Made by a program: the position numbers and the translations under genes. A DNA stretch of 64,000 nt from Candidatus Latescibacterota bacterium. GTDB lineage: Bacteria > Latescibacterota > UBA2968. The stretch is from positions 2,148,946-2,212,945 of the forward strand of contig OZ253501.1 in the NCBI GenBank assembly GCA_965262145.1, written 5' to 3'. Position 1 is the first letter of the stretch. Each line of letters starts with the position of its first letter. This document shows, piece after piece, positions 54,967 to 64,000 of the stretch. Under the pieces are notes generated by a model. That model did not search any database, was not told where the DNA came from, and saw only the letters and a program-made list of their open reading frames with translations.

Positions 54967-55922
54967 ACTCCCTCCTCATGCACGGTCAGCGCGTGAAAAA
55001 CTTCTTCCAAAGACATGGTCTCTTGCTTTATTTCCATCAGTCCCATGCCCAATTCGACAACGCGCGCCGATACTGCGGCACTCAAATCCACTTCAGCCGG
55101 CCAATGGACATGTAGCCCATCTCTTGCTCGCGTCACGTCGCTAATCCCTTTAATATTGGAAATGGCTTTGGCCGCAACATCCACATTGCCCGATATCCGA
55201 ACAAAAGATCGCGTTGTGTCGCGCATATTAGCCGTAAGATTTTCAGGAGTATCAACGGCAACAATTCTGCCTTCGTGAATAATGATCACGCGATTGCAGG
55301 TCATTTCAACTTCGGGCAAGATATGCGTACTCAAAATCACCGTGCGCTCCTGGGCCAGTTCACGGATCAATTGTCGCACTTCAATAATCTGATTGGGATC
55401 GAGGCCCGAAGTTGGCTCATCCATGATAATCACCTCGGGGTCGTGCAAAATCGCCTGTGCAAGCCCTACCCGCTGCCGATATCCTTTAGACAAATGACCG
55501 ATGAGTTGCGCGGTGCGATCCACAAGTCCGCATTGAACAACGACCTCATCGATCCGCCGCCTGGCTTCCACTGGCGCAACGCCCTTGATTTTAGCGATAA
55601 ACTCCAGGTATGTACGCACGCGCATATCGCGATACAGGGGTGGCAATTCGGGCAAATACCCAATGCGCTTTTTGACTTCCAATGGGTTGTAAAAAATATC
55701 GTAGCCGCCAATGCGCGCCGTGCCTTCTGTGGCGGGCAAGAAACAGGTGAGTACGCGCATGGTCGTGGTTTTTCCCGCGCCGTTTGGCCCCAGAAAACCG
55801 ACAATTTCGCCTTTCCCCACCTGAAATGAGATGTCGTCAACAGCCGTAAATGCGCCGTATCGCTTTGTGAGGCCATCAACTTCTATCACACCGCGCTCCT
55901 TACTTTTAACACGGGCGGGCAC
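54963..55922 (-). CDS. ABC transporter ATP-binding protein (ABC-2 exporter NBD)
   Basis: Walker A GPNGAGKTT, signature LSKGYRQRVGLAQAI and Walker B IIMDEPTSGLD. Confidence 0.85.
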   Translation of the reverse strand: MPARVKSKERGVIEVDGLTKRYGAFTAVDDISFQVGKGEIVGFLGPNGAGKTTTMRVLTCFLPATEGTARIGGYDIFYNPLEVKKRIGYLPELPPLYRDMRVRTYLEFIAKIKGVAPVEARRRIDEVVVQCGLVDRTAQLIGHLSKGYRQRVGLAQAILHDPEVIIMDEPTSGLDPNQIIEVRQLIRELAQERTVILSTHILPEVEMTCNRVIIIHEGRIVAVDTPENLTANMRDTTRSFVRISGNVDVAAKAISNIKGISDVTRARDGLHVHWPAEVDLSAAVSARVVELGMGLMEIKQETMSLEEVFHALTVHEEGV

Positions 55923-55942
55923 AGGGGTATGCCCCTATCCTT

Positions 55943-56848
55943 TTATCCCTTAATTTTTTTTGCCCGCATCCTGAAAAATTGTATTAATGGTTCGTGATAT
56001 GCCCCTTGAGTCGAAATATTCACGGCGTCTAAGCCCATGCGCCGAAACAACGCTTCTCGTTCATCACGCTCTTTCCTCGTCAGTTTTTGAAATGCGTCGC
56101 GCACTGCTGCATCGCCAAAATCGACTAATATGCCTTCGCCCGTCTCGGCATCTTCCAACTCCACAATGCCAATTGCAGGCAGATCGTACTCCCGTGGGTC
56201 TTCCAGCGCTATCGCCACCAGGTCGTGCCGCCGATTGGCAACACGCAGTGCTTTCTCGTAGTCAGAAGCAAAAAAATCCGATACCAGAAATACCACACTG
56301 CGTCGATAGGTTACGCGATTCAAATATTCCAATGCCACATCGATATTTGTATTTCGCCCTGAAGGTTGAAAGTACAACAATTCTCGAATCACCCGAAGTA
56401 CGTGCTTTTTGCCCTTTTTGGGGGGTATAAACAACTCGACCTCGTCAGTAAAAATGATCAGCCCTACGCGATCGTTATTTTGTATTGCGGAAAAGGCGAG
56501 TAAAGCGCAAATCTCAGCACCTATCTCGCCTTTCATTTGCGCCACCGTTCCAAAGTCGCCCGACGCACTCGCATCCACCATCAATATCACGGTGAGTTCG
56601 CGCTCTTCGTCGAACACCTTGACAAAGGGGTCGCCCATACGCGCTGTCACGTTCCAGTCAATTGTGCGAACATCATCGCCGGGTTGATATTCTCGCACTT
56701 CTGCAAACGCCATGCCCCTGCCCTTAAATACCGAATGGTATTCGCCGGCAAATATCGTGTTCACCAGATTGCGTGTACGCAACTCAATGCGCTTCACTTT
56801 TTTTAGGATTTCTGTTGGAATCATAGGAATCGGTAAGAGGTGAGACAT
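55943..56848 (-). CDS. DUF58 domain protein (MoxR partner, VWA-like)
   Basis: ...FAEVREYQPGDDVRTIDWNVTAR... is the DUF58 signature. Confidence 0.8.
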   Translation of the reverse strand: MSHLLPIPMIPTEILKKVKRIELRTRNLVNTIFAGEYHSVFKGRGMAFAEVREYQPGDDVRTIDWNVTARMGDPFVKVFDEERELTVILMVDASASGDFGTVAQMKGEIGAEICALLAFSAIQNNDRVGLIIFTDEVELFIPPKKGKKHVLRVIRELLYFQPSGRNTNIDVALEYLNRVTYRRSVVFLVSDFFASDYEKALRVANRRHDLVAIALEDPREYDLPAIGIVELEDAETGEGILVDFGDAAVRDAFQKLTRKERDEREALFRRMGLDAVNISTQGAYHEPLIQFFRMRAKKIKG

Positions 56849-56885
56849 AAGAGGTGAAAGGTACCCCTCTCACCTCTTACCGCCT

Positions 56886-57881
56886 CTAAGGCACTTCAAT
56901 GTGATCGAATATTTGACGCGCGATTTCTTCGGAGTCAATCTCTTCGGCTTCTGCCTCATAAGTTACCAGCACACGGTGGCGCAACACATCCAGGCCAATG
57001 GCTTTCACATCTTCGGGGGTGACATAGCCGCGATGGCGCAAAAACGCATGCGCTTTGGCTGCGCGGGTCAGGGCAATAGACGCGCGTGGTGATCCGCCAA
57101 ATTCGATCAGGGCGCGCAAATCACCCAGGCCATAAGCCTCCGGATCCCGGCTTGCCAACACGATATCGACGATATAGTCTTTGATTTTGCCATCCACGTA
57201 AATCTCGTCGACTACGCTTCGCGCGCGAATGAGATCATCGGTCGTTATGACTGTCTCGATTTGAGGGGTTGCATCGCGGCTCATGCGATCGACGATGGTG
57301 CGTTCTTCCTGCTTATTGGGATACGTCACACGCACTTTCAGCATAAAGCGATCGACCTGTGCTTCGGGCAGTGGATAGGTCCCTTCTTGTTCAATGGGAT
57401 TTTGCGTGGCCAGCACCAAAAAGGGATCGGGCACGGCAAATGTTTCGTTCCCAATGGTAACCTGACGCTCTTGCATGGCTTCAAGCATGGCGCTTTGTAC
57501 TTTTGATGGTGCGCGATTGACTTCATCGGCTAGTACAAGTTGGGCAAAAATAGGCCCCTTTTGGGCCACAAACTGACCTGTCTCCCGGTGATAGACCATC
57601 GTGCCGATCAGGTCAGCGGGCAACAAGTCAGGTGTAAACTGAATGCGCTTAAAAGACGCCTGAATCGCTTGAGCCAATGAATTGACGGCCAAAGTCTTTG
57701 CAAGGCCGGGAACGCCTTCGAGCAGGACATGACCGTTGCACAACAGGCCGATTAGCAATCGCTCAATCATGTCCTGTTGCCCGACAATGACCTTGCCCAC
57801 TTCGACCAATAACCGATCGACAAACGCGCTTTCGCGCCCAACTCGTTCATTGATTACTTGAATATCTTGTCCAACTGTCAT
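56886..57881 (-). CDS. MoxR-family AAA+ ATPase
   Basis: HVLLEGVPGLAKT (Walker A), LADEVNRAPSKVQSAMLEAMQE, and a C-terminal AAA lid. Confidence 0.9.
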   Translation of the reverse strand: MTVGQDIQVINERVGRESAFVDRLLVEVGKVIVGQQDMIERLLIGLLCNGHVLLEGVPGLAKTLAVNSLAQAIQASFKRIQFTPDLLPADLIGTMVYHRETGQFVAQKGPIFAQLVLADEVNRAPSKVQSAMLEAMQERQVTIGNETFAVPDPFLVLATQNPIEQEGTYPLPEAQVDRFMLKVRVTYPNKQEERTIVDRMSRDATPQIETVITTDDLIRARSVVDEIYVDGKIKDYIVDIVLASRDPEAYGLGDLRALIEFGGSPRASIALTRAAKAHAFLRHRGYVTPEDVKAIGLDVLRHRVLVTYEAEAEEIDSEEIARQIFDHIEVP

Positions 57882-57885
57882 TGCA

Positions 57886-58368
57886 TTACTCTCGACTTAT
57901 TGGTTTGGTACGCAACCATTGATCGGGCGATTTGCCCAAATTTTCGATCGAAAATTTGGCATCATCCACTAACTCAGAGTTTGGATAGGTATCAATCACT
58001 TGCTGATAAGCCACCCGCGCCTGTTCGTAATCGCCGAGTTGATCGTGGATATAGCCAATCATAAACTGTGCCTGTACACAATATCGGCTCTGCGGAAAAC
58101 GCGCGATCAGGGTTTCGTATCGCGCAATGGCTTCTTTGTGTTTTTGCTGATTCATCAACACCCGCGCCAGGGCTTGCAGGGCCACCTCAGCGCGAGGATC
58201 GTCAGGGAACCGCGCCAGAAATTCAGATAATTTGACCTTGGCTATGGGATACGACGCCATATCATGCGTGGCAGCTTCACCCGCTTGAAACAACACATCC
58301 GCGGACTGCTCCTGCTCTCCACAGGCCCAAAACAGTGGCAAAAAGAATAAGAAGCGAAATCTGTTCAT
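57886..58368 (-). CDS. TPR-repeat lipoprotein (YbgF/BamD-like)
   Basis: MNRFRFLFFLPLFWACG has a lipobox, followed by TPR helices. Start placed at the internal Met. Confidence 0.55.
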   Translation of the reverse strand: MNRFRFLFFLPLFWACGEQEQSADVLFQAGEAATHDMASYPIAKVKLSEFLARFPDDPRAEVALQALARVLMNQQKHKEAIARYETLIARFPQSRYCVQAQFMIGYIHDQLGDYEQARVAYQQVIDTYPNSELVDDAKFSIENLGKSPDQWLRTKPISRE

Positions 58369-58457
58369 CTTTGCCCATCTCCTTTGCTTATTCAAATGTT
58401 TCAAAAACGCTTTTAAACAGCTCAAGTTCCCATTTTTTCTTTTTTTACTTGGTGTGA

Positions 58458-59753
58458 TTAGATTGGACAGTTTATATTAAAAAAACGTCCTATTCTCGTC
58501 AAGATTTCCGTGCGTCTAAAAAGTAAAGAAACGATGCCCACCACGGCTAATCCTCCGTATTCTATCCACTGAACCCACGCGGCTTCTTCCCACACGCCGT
58601 GGGCCTGGTATTGGATTAAAATGTGATAGGATAAGACCACCAGGAGTGAGAAAGTGATCCAGGCCAGATGCCGATAAAAAACGAGAAATGGGACCAACCA
58701 CACGACATACCACGGATGGAGCGTAGGGGTCAGCAGAACAAAAGCCGCCGCAGTCAGATATGCACAGCGCAATAGGGGGACGCGCTTCCAGACCAGCAAT
58801 AGCACCACACTTGAAAAGAGCACGCCAATAATGCCACGCGCAATCTGTCCATCGCCGCAAAGCAGAATGAGTACATCAAATATCGCGCTGTTAAACGACC
58901 AGTGTTGTGCATAAGTGCCCAGGCTACCCAAAACAGATGCGCCGGTCCATGCATAGGGCAAATATCCCAGAATCACAACACAGGGCACCATGAGCAGTGC
59001 CGACCAATTGGTTGGCCGCCACCCTTTCCGGCGCACAAAACTCGGCAAAAAAACAAGGGGAAGAAACTTTACCAAAACAGCCCCGCCCAGTGCACTTAGC
59101 GCAATGTGATCTCGTCCTTTTAAGAACAAATACAATGCGGCCAACAAAGCGACAATGCCCAGCGATTCCATATGTCCATTTCCTGCAATTTCTACCACGA
59201 CCAGCGGATGCCAGAAGTAAATCAAAACCCATTGTGCCCGTTGCTCGAAATGCCTGAGCAAATAGATTAAAAGCCATCCCACAATCATGTCGGCACACGT
59301 GAGCAACACCTTGATGCCCAGTATGCCACCCGAAATGCCATATCCCACCCAGAATGCGATTTGGGCGATGGGTGGATATATGGTCGGAAATTCGGGGTGG
59401 TTAATTTTGGGAAAAATAAGTGCGTCTCTCACCTGCACCAGTTCTTGTGCCGCAGGTGCATACCAGTAGGGATTGATGCCCGCCCACTGTACGCGTCCAT
59501 CCCACACATAGCGATAAATATCATCGGATAGCGCGGGGATAGAAAATAAAAGGCTCAGTCGAAATACAGCGGCAGCGATCACAATAACCTTCAATGACAC
59601 ATATTTACAATGCCAGACTGCAATGAGATAGGCCACAGATGCAATGCCGAAAAGAATAAAAAAAACCGGCACTTGCTTGCCCAATGCCGGCATTGCAGCA
59701 AAACTGCCCGCCATGACCAGCCCCATCAAAAGGGGCACGATCCACCGCTGCAT
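58458..59753 (-). CDS. polytopic membrane protein, GT-C/DUF2029-like glycosyltransferase candidate
   Basis: At least 10 TM segments, an aromatic-rich loop, and typical length. Confidence 0.45.
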   Translation of the reverse strand: MQRWIVPLLMGLVMAGSFAAMPALGKQVPVFFILFGIASVAYLIAVWHCKYVSLKVIVIAAAVFRLSLLFSIPALSDDIYRYVWDGRVQWAGINPYWYAPAAQELVQVRDALIFPKINHPEFPTIYPPIAQIAFWVGYGISGGILGIKVLLTCADMIVGWLLIYLLRHFEQRAQWVLIYFWHPLVVVEIAGNGHMESLGIVALLAALYLFLKGRDHIALSALGGAVLVKFLPLVFLPSFVRRKGWRPTNWSALLMVPCVVILGYLPYAWTGASVLGSLGTYAQHWSFNSAIFDVLILLCGDGQIARGIIGVLFSSVVLLLVWKRVPLLRCAYLTAAAFVLLTPTLHPWYVVWLVPFLVFYRHLAWITFSLLVVLSYHILIQYQAHGVWEEAAWVQWIEYGGLAVVGIVSLLFRRTEILTRIGRFFNINCPI

Positions 59754-59803
59754 AAATATCTCTTAGCGCAATATGTTCATTACCACCGGTCTTGTCCAAT
59801 GTG

Positions 59804-60721
59804 TTACCGGTGTGCGTTAATTTGCAAAACGATTTTGCCCTGCTTAAATACGCGAACCGTTCCGGTTGACTCAGAAATAGCAAGGGCTATAGCTCGGGTG
59901 GTTTTGGTAATCGCCGCCGCCGCAACATGCCGCGCACCCAACCCCTTGGGCAAAGTGAGACCGCGCACATTTGCTGAAATATAGCGCCCTCCAGATAGAA
60001 TAACCCCATCTTCTCGAATGATAAATGCGCCATCCATCAGCGATACTTCTTTGACACCTTCGTGAACATCGGGATTGCAGATATTTTTTTCATTGTCGGA
60101 ATATCCGCGAAAAGGATCAAATGTCATGGACCGCGAATGGTGCAAAACCCGTTTGGAATCGCCAATGACAAATAAGGTGCCGACCGGTTCGCCTTCGCGA
60201 CCTTCCTTACCAATATTGATGGCAAGATCGAGCGTGGTTTTGACAACTTTGAGTGATAAATCGCCCGCTATGGCCGAAATTTCGGCCGAATCGTAAACAT
60301 CAAACCCAATACTGGTATCCATCACTGTTATCGCATCTACACCCCGCGAGGCCAGCGTGCGACTCAGGCATACCAATCGTGCATCTCGGCGAATATACCC
60401 ACTCTCCAGGCCCCTGATAACGCATTGTCGCAATTGTTCAAAGTGCGTGCCATGACTTCTGCGATAATCATAAGTCAAGCGCAGCACACCCTGCTCTTCA
60501 ACCCCACTCAAAAACTGTTTTTTTCGCGTAACAATCAGGACCTGGCAGATGGTGCTTAGCTTGTGAACATCTGCATGGGTCACGCCGGAATTGGTCACGA
60601 GGAGGATCATATCGGCGCAGAATTCCCTCACCAAATTTTTGGTGGTACTCAGCAAGGGCTGCGTATAATTTTCGTGTGATTTAGTCATAAAATGTTTTGT
60701 GAACCTGCCCACAACTATCAT
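59804..60721 (-). CDS. diadenylate cyclase (DAC) domain protein with N-terminal ~170-aa soluble domain
   Basis: The C-terminal half has GTLFVIGD...MDGAFIIREDGVILSGG...GLGARHVAAAAITKTTRAIALAISESTGTVRVF (DGA and RH(R) motifs of DisA/CdaA-type cyclases). The second Arg of RHR is Val. Confidence 0.7.
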   Translation of the reverse strand: MIVVGRFTKHFMTKSHENYTQPLLSTTKNLVREFCADMILLVTNSGVTHADVHKLSTICQVLIVTRKKQFLSGVEEQGVLRLTYDYRRSHGTHFEQLRQCVIRGLESGYIRRDARLVCLSRTLASRGVDAITVMDTSIGFDVYDSAEISAIAGDLSLKVVKTTLDLAINIGKEGREGEPVGTLFVIGDSKRVLHHSRSMTFDPFRGYSDNEKNICNPDVHEGVKEVSLMDGAFIIREDGVILSGGRYISANVRGLTLPKGLGARHVAAAAITKTTRAIALAISESTGTVRVFKQGKIVLQINAHR

Positions 60722-60725
60722 TTAA

Positions 60726-61349
60726 CTACCGCCCGGACGAGAAGCGCCGCCGCCGACCATAAGTCGGATTTTCTGGCTCCTGAGATATGTTATGCGATGT
60801 TAGGGTCTCTCCCTGTTCTAAATCCAAAAATTCACCGGGAATATGTTTGGTTAATACGGTTGGACCACAATCGTAGAAATGCACGCCAGCTTGATGGGCG
60901 CGGGTCGCGGCAATGCGTATGACAGCCCCTCGGCGTCCGGGTCTGGCACTCAACCGCGCAGCAACATCGGCGTCAAACGACAAATGTATATAATCGCGAT
61001 CATCTGGCGCCAAGCCCTCAGACAACAACCGCTCAACATCAGCAGAATCTACTCCCTTATATAAAAATTCGGGCGGTTCTGACGGCTCGAGGCCCAGATC
61101 GATGGAAAAACTGTGCCCATAACGCGCTCGAATGCGATTTTCCACAATCTCGAAACGCTGTTTCTCTCCATCATAAACCACTTTTTCAATATCTTCAAGA
61201 GTAAATGTCGAATCTCGGTCTTGAAATGCACGCAAAACCGCGTCGAGATCGGCAAAACCATAGCGATTGACTTGTAGTCCAAACTCATCGGGCCTGTGCC
61301 GCAACATCAATGACAACAATTTGGAAATGTATACAATTCTCGGTGCCAT
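60726..61349 (-). CDS. kptA: RNA 2'-phosphotransferase Tpt1/KptA
   Basis: ISKLLSLMLRHRPDEFGLQVNRYGFADLDAVL...H-x-T motif region. Confidence 0.8.
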   Translation of the reverse strand: MAPRIVYISKLLSLMLRHRPDEFGLQVNRYGFADLDAVLRAFQDRDSTFTLEDIEKVVYDGEKQRFEIVENRIRARYGHSFSIDLGLEPSEPPEFLYKGVDSADVERLLSEGLAPDDRDYIHLSFDADVAARLSARPGRRGAVIRIAATRAHQAGVHFYDCGPTVLTKHIPGEFLDLEQGETLTSHNISQEPENPTYGRRRRFSSGR

Positions 61350-61373
61350 GCGCTTTCTCCGTAGTAATAATCT

Positions 61374-62741
61374 CTATGAAAACACCACATCTTGTGCAGC
61401 ATCCACATCCTGAACGCCAATCAACGACAGGCCGTCGGGAATGCGCGCCCCACTCAAATTTGCTTTGGCGGCAATACATCGCGTAAAGCCCAGTTTACGC
61501 GCTTCGGCCACTCTGCGTTCAATTTGGCCAACCGCACGCACTTCTCCGCCCAATCCTACTTCGCCAATCACAACCGTATCGCGGGACATCTGTCTGCTGC
61601 GAAAGCTCGACGCCATAGCCATAGCCACACCCAGATCGACAGCGGGTTCATCAATGCGCAAGCCTCCTGCGACGTTTAAGAAAATATCCTCAGCACCCAG
61701 TTGCAGGCCCGACCGCTTTTCGAGTACGGCAATTAAAATCGCCATCCGTCGCGGATCAAATCCCGTAGCCACGCGCTGCGGGTATCCAAAATTGCTGCGA
61801 CTGACCAATGCTTGCACTTCGACTAAAATGGGACGCGTGCCTTCAATTGTGCAAACAATGGCTGTGCCTTCTCTATCGGCTTCGCGTTCGGGCAAAAATA
61901 CCCGTGAGGGATTATCCACTTCGACCATCCCCCGATCACACATTTCAAAAATGCCGATTTCATTTGTCGAGCCAAATCGGTTCTTTGCCGCCCGCAAAAT
62001 GCGAAACGCACCGTGCTGTTCGCCCTCCAGATAAAGTACGGTATCGACGATATGTTCGAGTACGCGCGGCCCAGCGACCGTGCCTTCTTTGGTGACATGT
62101 CCGACCAGAAAAATCGATGTACCTGTGCGTTTGCCCAGTGCTACCAGCTTTGCAGAAGATTCTCTGACCTGCGCCACACTTCCGGGCGCGCTTTGTAGAT
62201 CTGGGCTAAAAATGGTCTGCACCGAATCGACCACAACCGCGACGGGCTGCATCTCTTCGATATAGCCGCAAATGAAATCGAGATTGGATTCGGAAATCAA
62301 GTATAATTCATCGGATAGCGCGCCGATTCTCTGGGCGCGCATCCGCGTTTGGCGGGGGGACTCTTCTGCGGATACGTATAGTGTCTTCATACCCGAAAGC
62401 GCGAGTTGTGCAACCCCTTGCAACAGCAATGTGGATTTGCCAATGCCGGGGTCGCCGCCGACAAGCGCGGTCATGCCGGGCACAATGCCGCCACCCAATG
62501 TGCGGTCAAATTCACCGATAGCCGTCTCGATGCGATCTTCTTTGCCGCCCACTATTTCAGTAATCGGCTGCGGCGGATTTGCTTTGATCCATTCGCCCGC
62601 GTGCCTGTTTTGTTTTGTATCTGACGATGCGGCCTCTTCGACACAGGTGTTCCATTCTCCACAGGATACACACCGCCCAAACCACCGTCCTGAATCCGCA
62701 CCGCATTGCTGACACACATAACGCACGCGCACTTTGCCCAT
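61374..62741 (-). CDS. radA: DNA repair protein RadA/Sms
   Basis: Zn finger CQQCGADSGRWFGRCVSCGEW, Walker A GDPGIGKST, KNRFG motif and a Lon-like C-terminal domain. Confidence 0.9.
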   Translation of the reverse strand: MGKVRVRYVCQQCGADSGRWFGRCVSCGEWNTCVEEAASSDTKQNRHAGEWIKANPPQPITEIVGGKEDRIETAIGEFDRTLGGGIVPGMTALVGGDPGIGKSTLLLQGVAQLALSGMKTLYVSAEESPRQTRMRAQRIGALSDELYLISESNLDFICGYIEEMQPVAVVVDSVQTIFSPDLQSAPGSVAQVRESSAKLVALGKRTGTSIFLVGHVTKEGTVAGPRVLEHIVDTVLYLEGEQHGAFRILRAAKNRFGSTNEIGIFEMCDRGMVEVDNPSRVFLPEREADREGTAIVCTIEGTRPILVEVQALVSRSNFGYPQRVATGFDPRRMAILIAVLEKRSGLQLGAEDIFLNVAGGLRIDEPAVDLGVAMAMASSFRSRQMSRDTVVIGEVGLGGEVRAVGQIERRVAEARKLGFTRCIAAKANLSGARIPDGLSLIGVQDVDAAQDVVFS

Positions 62742-62752
62742 GGACTTATTCC

Positions 62753-64000
62753 TCAGGGAAATCCGCGATAGATTTCGGGCTCTTCAAATCGAAGATACTC
62801 AGCTACAAAGGTCAAAAAAACACTGCCAATTGGCCCGCTGCGCTGCTTGCCCAAAATGATCTCGGCCACGCCTTCTTGGGTATTGCCCTCGTCATCCATA
62901 ATGCCATATACTTCAGGGCGAAAGAGAAACATCACCACATCCGCATCCTGTTCCAGTGAACCACTCTCGCGCAGGTCGGACAATTGCGGTCGCTTATCCG
63001 TGCGGCTTTCCACTGCCCGCGACAATTGCGCGCAGGCAACGAGTGGAATATCCAGTTCTTTAGCGAGTGCTTTTAGGGAACGCGAAATATAGGCGATTTC
63101 CTGTTCGCGGCTGCCAAAATTTTCAAATGCGGTCATCAGTTGCAGATAATCGACAATGATTAACCCAATATTGTATTCGGATTTCACTCGCCGCGCTTTG
63201 GCACGCAGTTCCATTACGGAAATTGCAGGTGTGTCATCGATGTATATGGGCGCGTCGATCAACTTTCCCGTCCACTCGGACAAGCGCTGCCATTCCTCTT
63301 CTGACAACCTGCCTGTTCGCAAACGGTGGGAACTTACGCGCGCTTCTGAACACAAAAGGCGCTGCGCGAGTTGCTCTGTTGACATTTCCAACGAAAAATA
63401 CAGCACAGGCGAACGGCCCTTTATAGCGGCATTGCGCGCCATGCACAATGTGAGTGCTGTTTTGCCCATCGATGGGCGAGACGCCAGGATGATCAGGTCC
63501 GAAGACTGCAAGCCCGCTGTGATCTCATCCATTTCCGTATAGCCTGTGGTCACGCCAGTCAGCGCGCCAGGCTGTTCGTGCGCGCGCTCAATCGCCACAT
63601 AAGCCTCTTCAATTGCAGATGCAAGAGGTATGACGCCTTTGCCCAATTCGCCTTCGGCAATTTGAAAGACCCGCTGTTCGGCGCGGTCGATGAGTTCGCG
63701 CACATCCTCGGTTTCTTCATAGCTTTCTATAATCGTTTGTGTTGCTGCGGAAATCAACCGTCGCCGTTGCGCCTTTTCCAGCACGATCTGCGCGTGGTAT
63801 TCGGCATTGGCTGCCGTCGCCATTTCACTCGCCAATTCGGCAATTAAAACCGCGCCGCCGACATCGTCGAGTTGTCCCCGGCGTAAGAGTTCCTCGGTTA
63901 ATGTCACTTGATCGACAGGCTCGCCGCGCTCAGACAATTTTTGAATTGCCGCATAAACTTTTCGATGTGGCGTATGGTAAAAAGCCGTTTCATCCCCCAA
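62753..64000 (-). CDS. dnaB: replicative DNA helicase DnaB (N-terminus beyond right edge)
   Basis: Walker A GSRPSMGKTALTL plus DnaB-family H2-H4 motifs. The ORF is open at nt 64000. Confidence 0.9.
   Translation of the reverse strand: MGDETAFYHTPHRKVYAAIQKLSERGEPVDQVTLTEELLRRGQLDDVGGAVLIAELASEMATAANAEYHAQIVLEKAQRRRLISAATQTIIESYEETEDVRELIDRAEQRVFQIAEGELGKGVIPLASAIEEAYVAIERAHEQPGALTGVTTGYTEMDEITAGLQSSDLIILASRPSMGKTALTLCMARNAAIKGRSPVLYFSLEMSTEQLAQRLLCSEARVSSHRLRTGRLSEEEWQRLSEWTGKLIDAPIYIDDTPAISVMELRAKARRVKSEYNIGLIIVDYLQLMTAFENFGSREQEIAYISRSLKALAKELDIPLVACAQLSRAVESRTDKRPQLSDLRESGSLEQDADVVMFLFRPEVYGIMDDEGNTQEGVAEIILGKQRSGPIGSVFLTFVAEYLRFEEPEIYRGFP

Overview
This is a chromosomal segment of a diderm (Gram-negative-type) bacterium with roughly 52-56% GC, truncated at both ends inside genes. 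The left edge cuts a large protein with a C-terminal DUF3883-like domain; the right edge cuts dnaB.

Housekeeping genes recognised include uxuA, accD, aroQ, sucD, rpiA, era, kptA, radA and dnaB, among several Gfo/Idh/MocA oxidoreductases and sugar-phosphate isomerases. Envelope genes include a LolA-like/MacB-type ABC export operon, a TolB-like beta-propeller outer-membrane protein, a GWxTD protein, L,D-transpeptidase, an era/LPG-synthase-like pair, a MoxR-DUF58 module and an ABC-2 exporter.

Stand-out content, in window order:
- A ~1.83 kb IS element with perfect 17-18 bp terminal inverted repeats and a 6-8 bp target-site duplication has inserted into the 3' end of the outer-membrane gene that closes the LolA/MacB-like operon.
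- A low-GC (~40-45%) two-gene operon on the minus strand (17103-20938) encodes a TIR-domain protein fused to ~9 TPR repeats and a C-terminal TaqI-like target-recognition domain with no methyltransferase. It is translationally coupled to an SMC/ABC-type (AAA_15-like) ATPase. This is the strongest candidate for an undescribed anti-phage or abortive-infection system. It also contains near-identical 102-bp tandem coding repeats and an in-frame 58-codon continuation after the ATPase stop codon.
- A 1615-aa protein fuses an M28/PA peptidase-like ectodomain to a MacB/FtsX-type permease, with no ATPase gene nearby.
- A decayed circularly-permuted-ATP-grasp / transglutaminase cluster carries an in-frame amber codon, next to an orphan Phd/YefM antitoxin.
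- A Rieske [2Fe-2S] domain is fused to a large domain I could not assign.
- A DAC-domain (diadenylate cyclase) protein with an RHR to RHV change sits beside kptA and radA.
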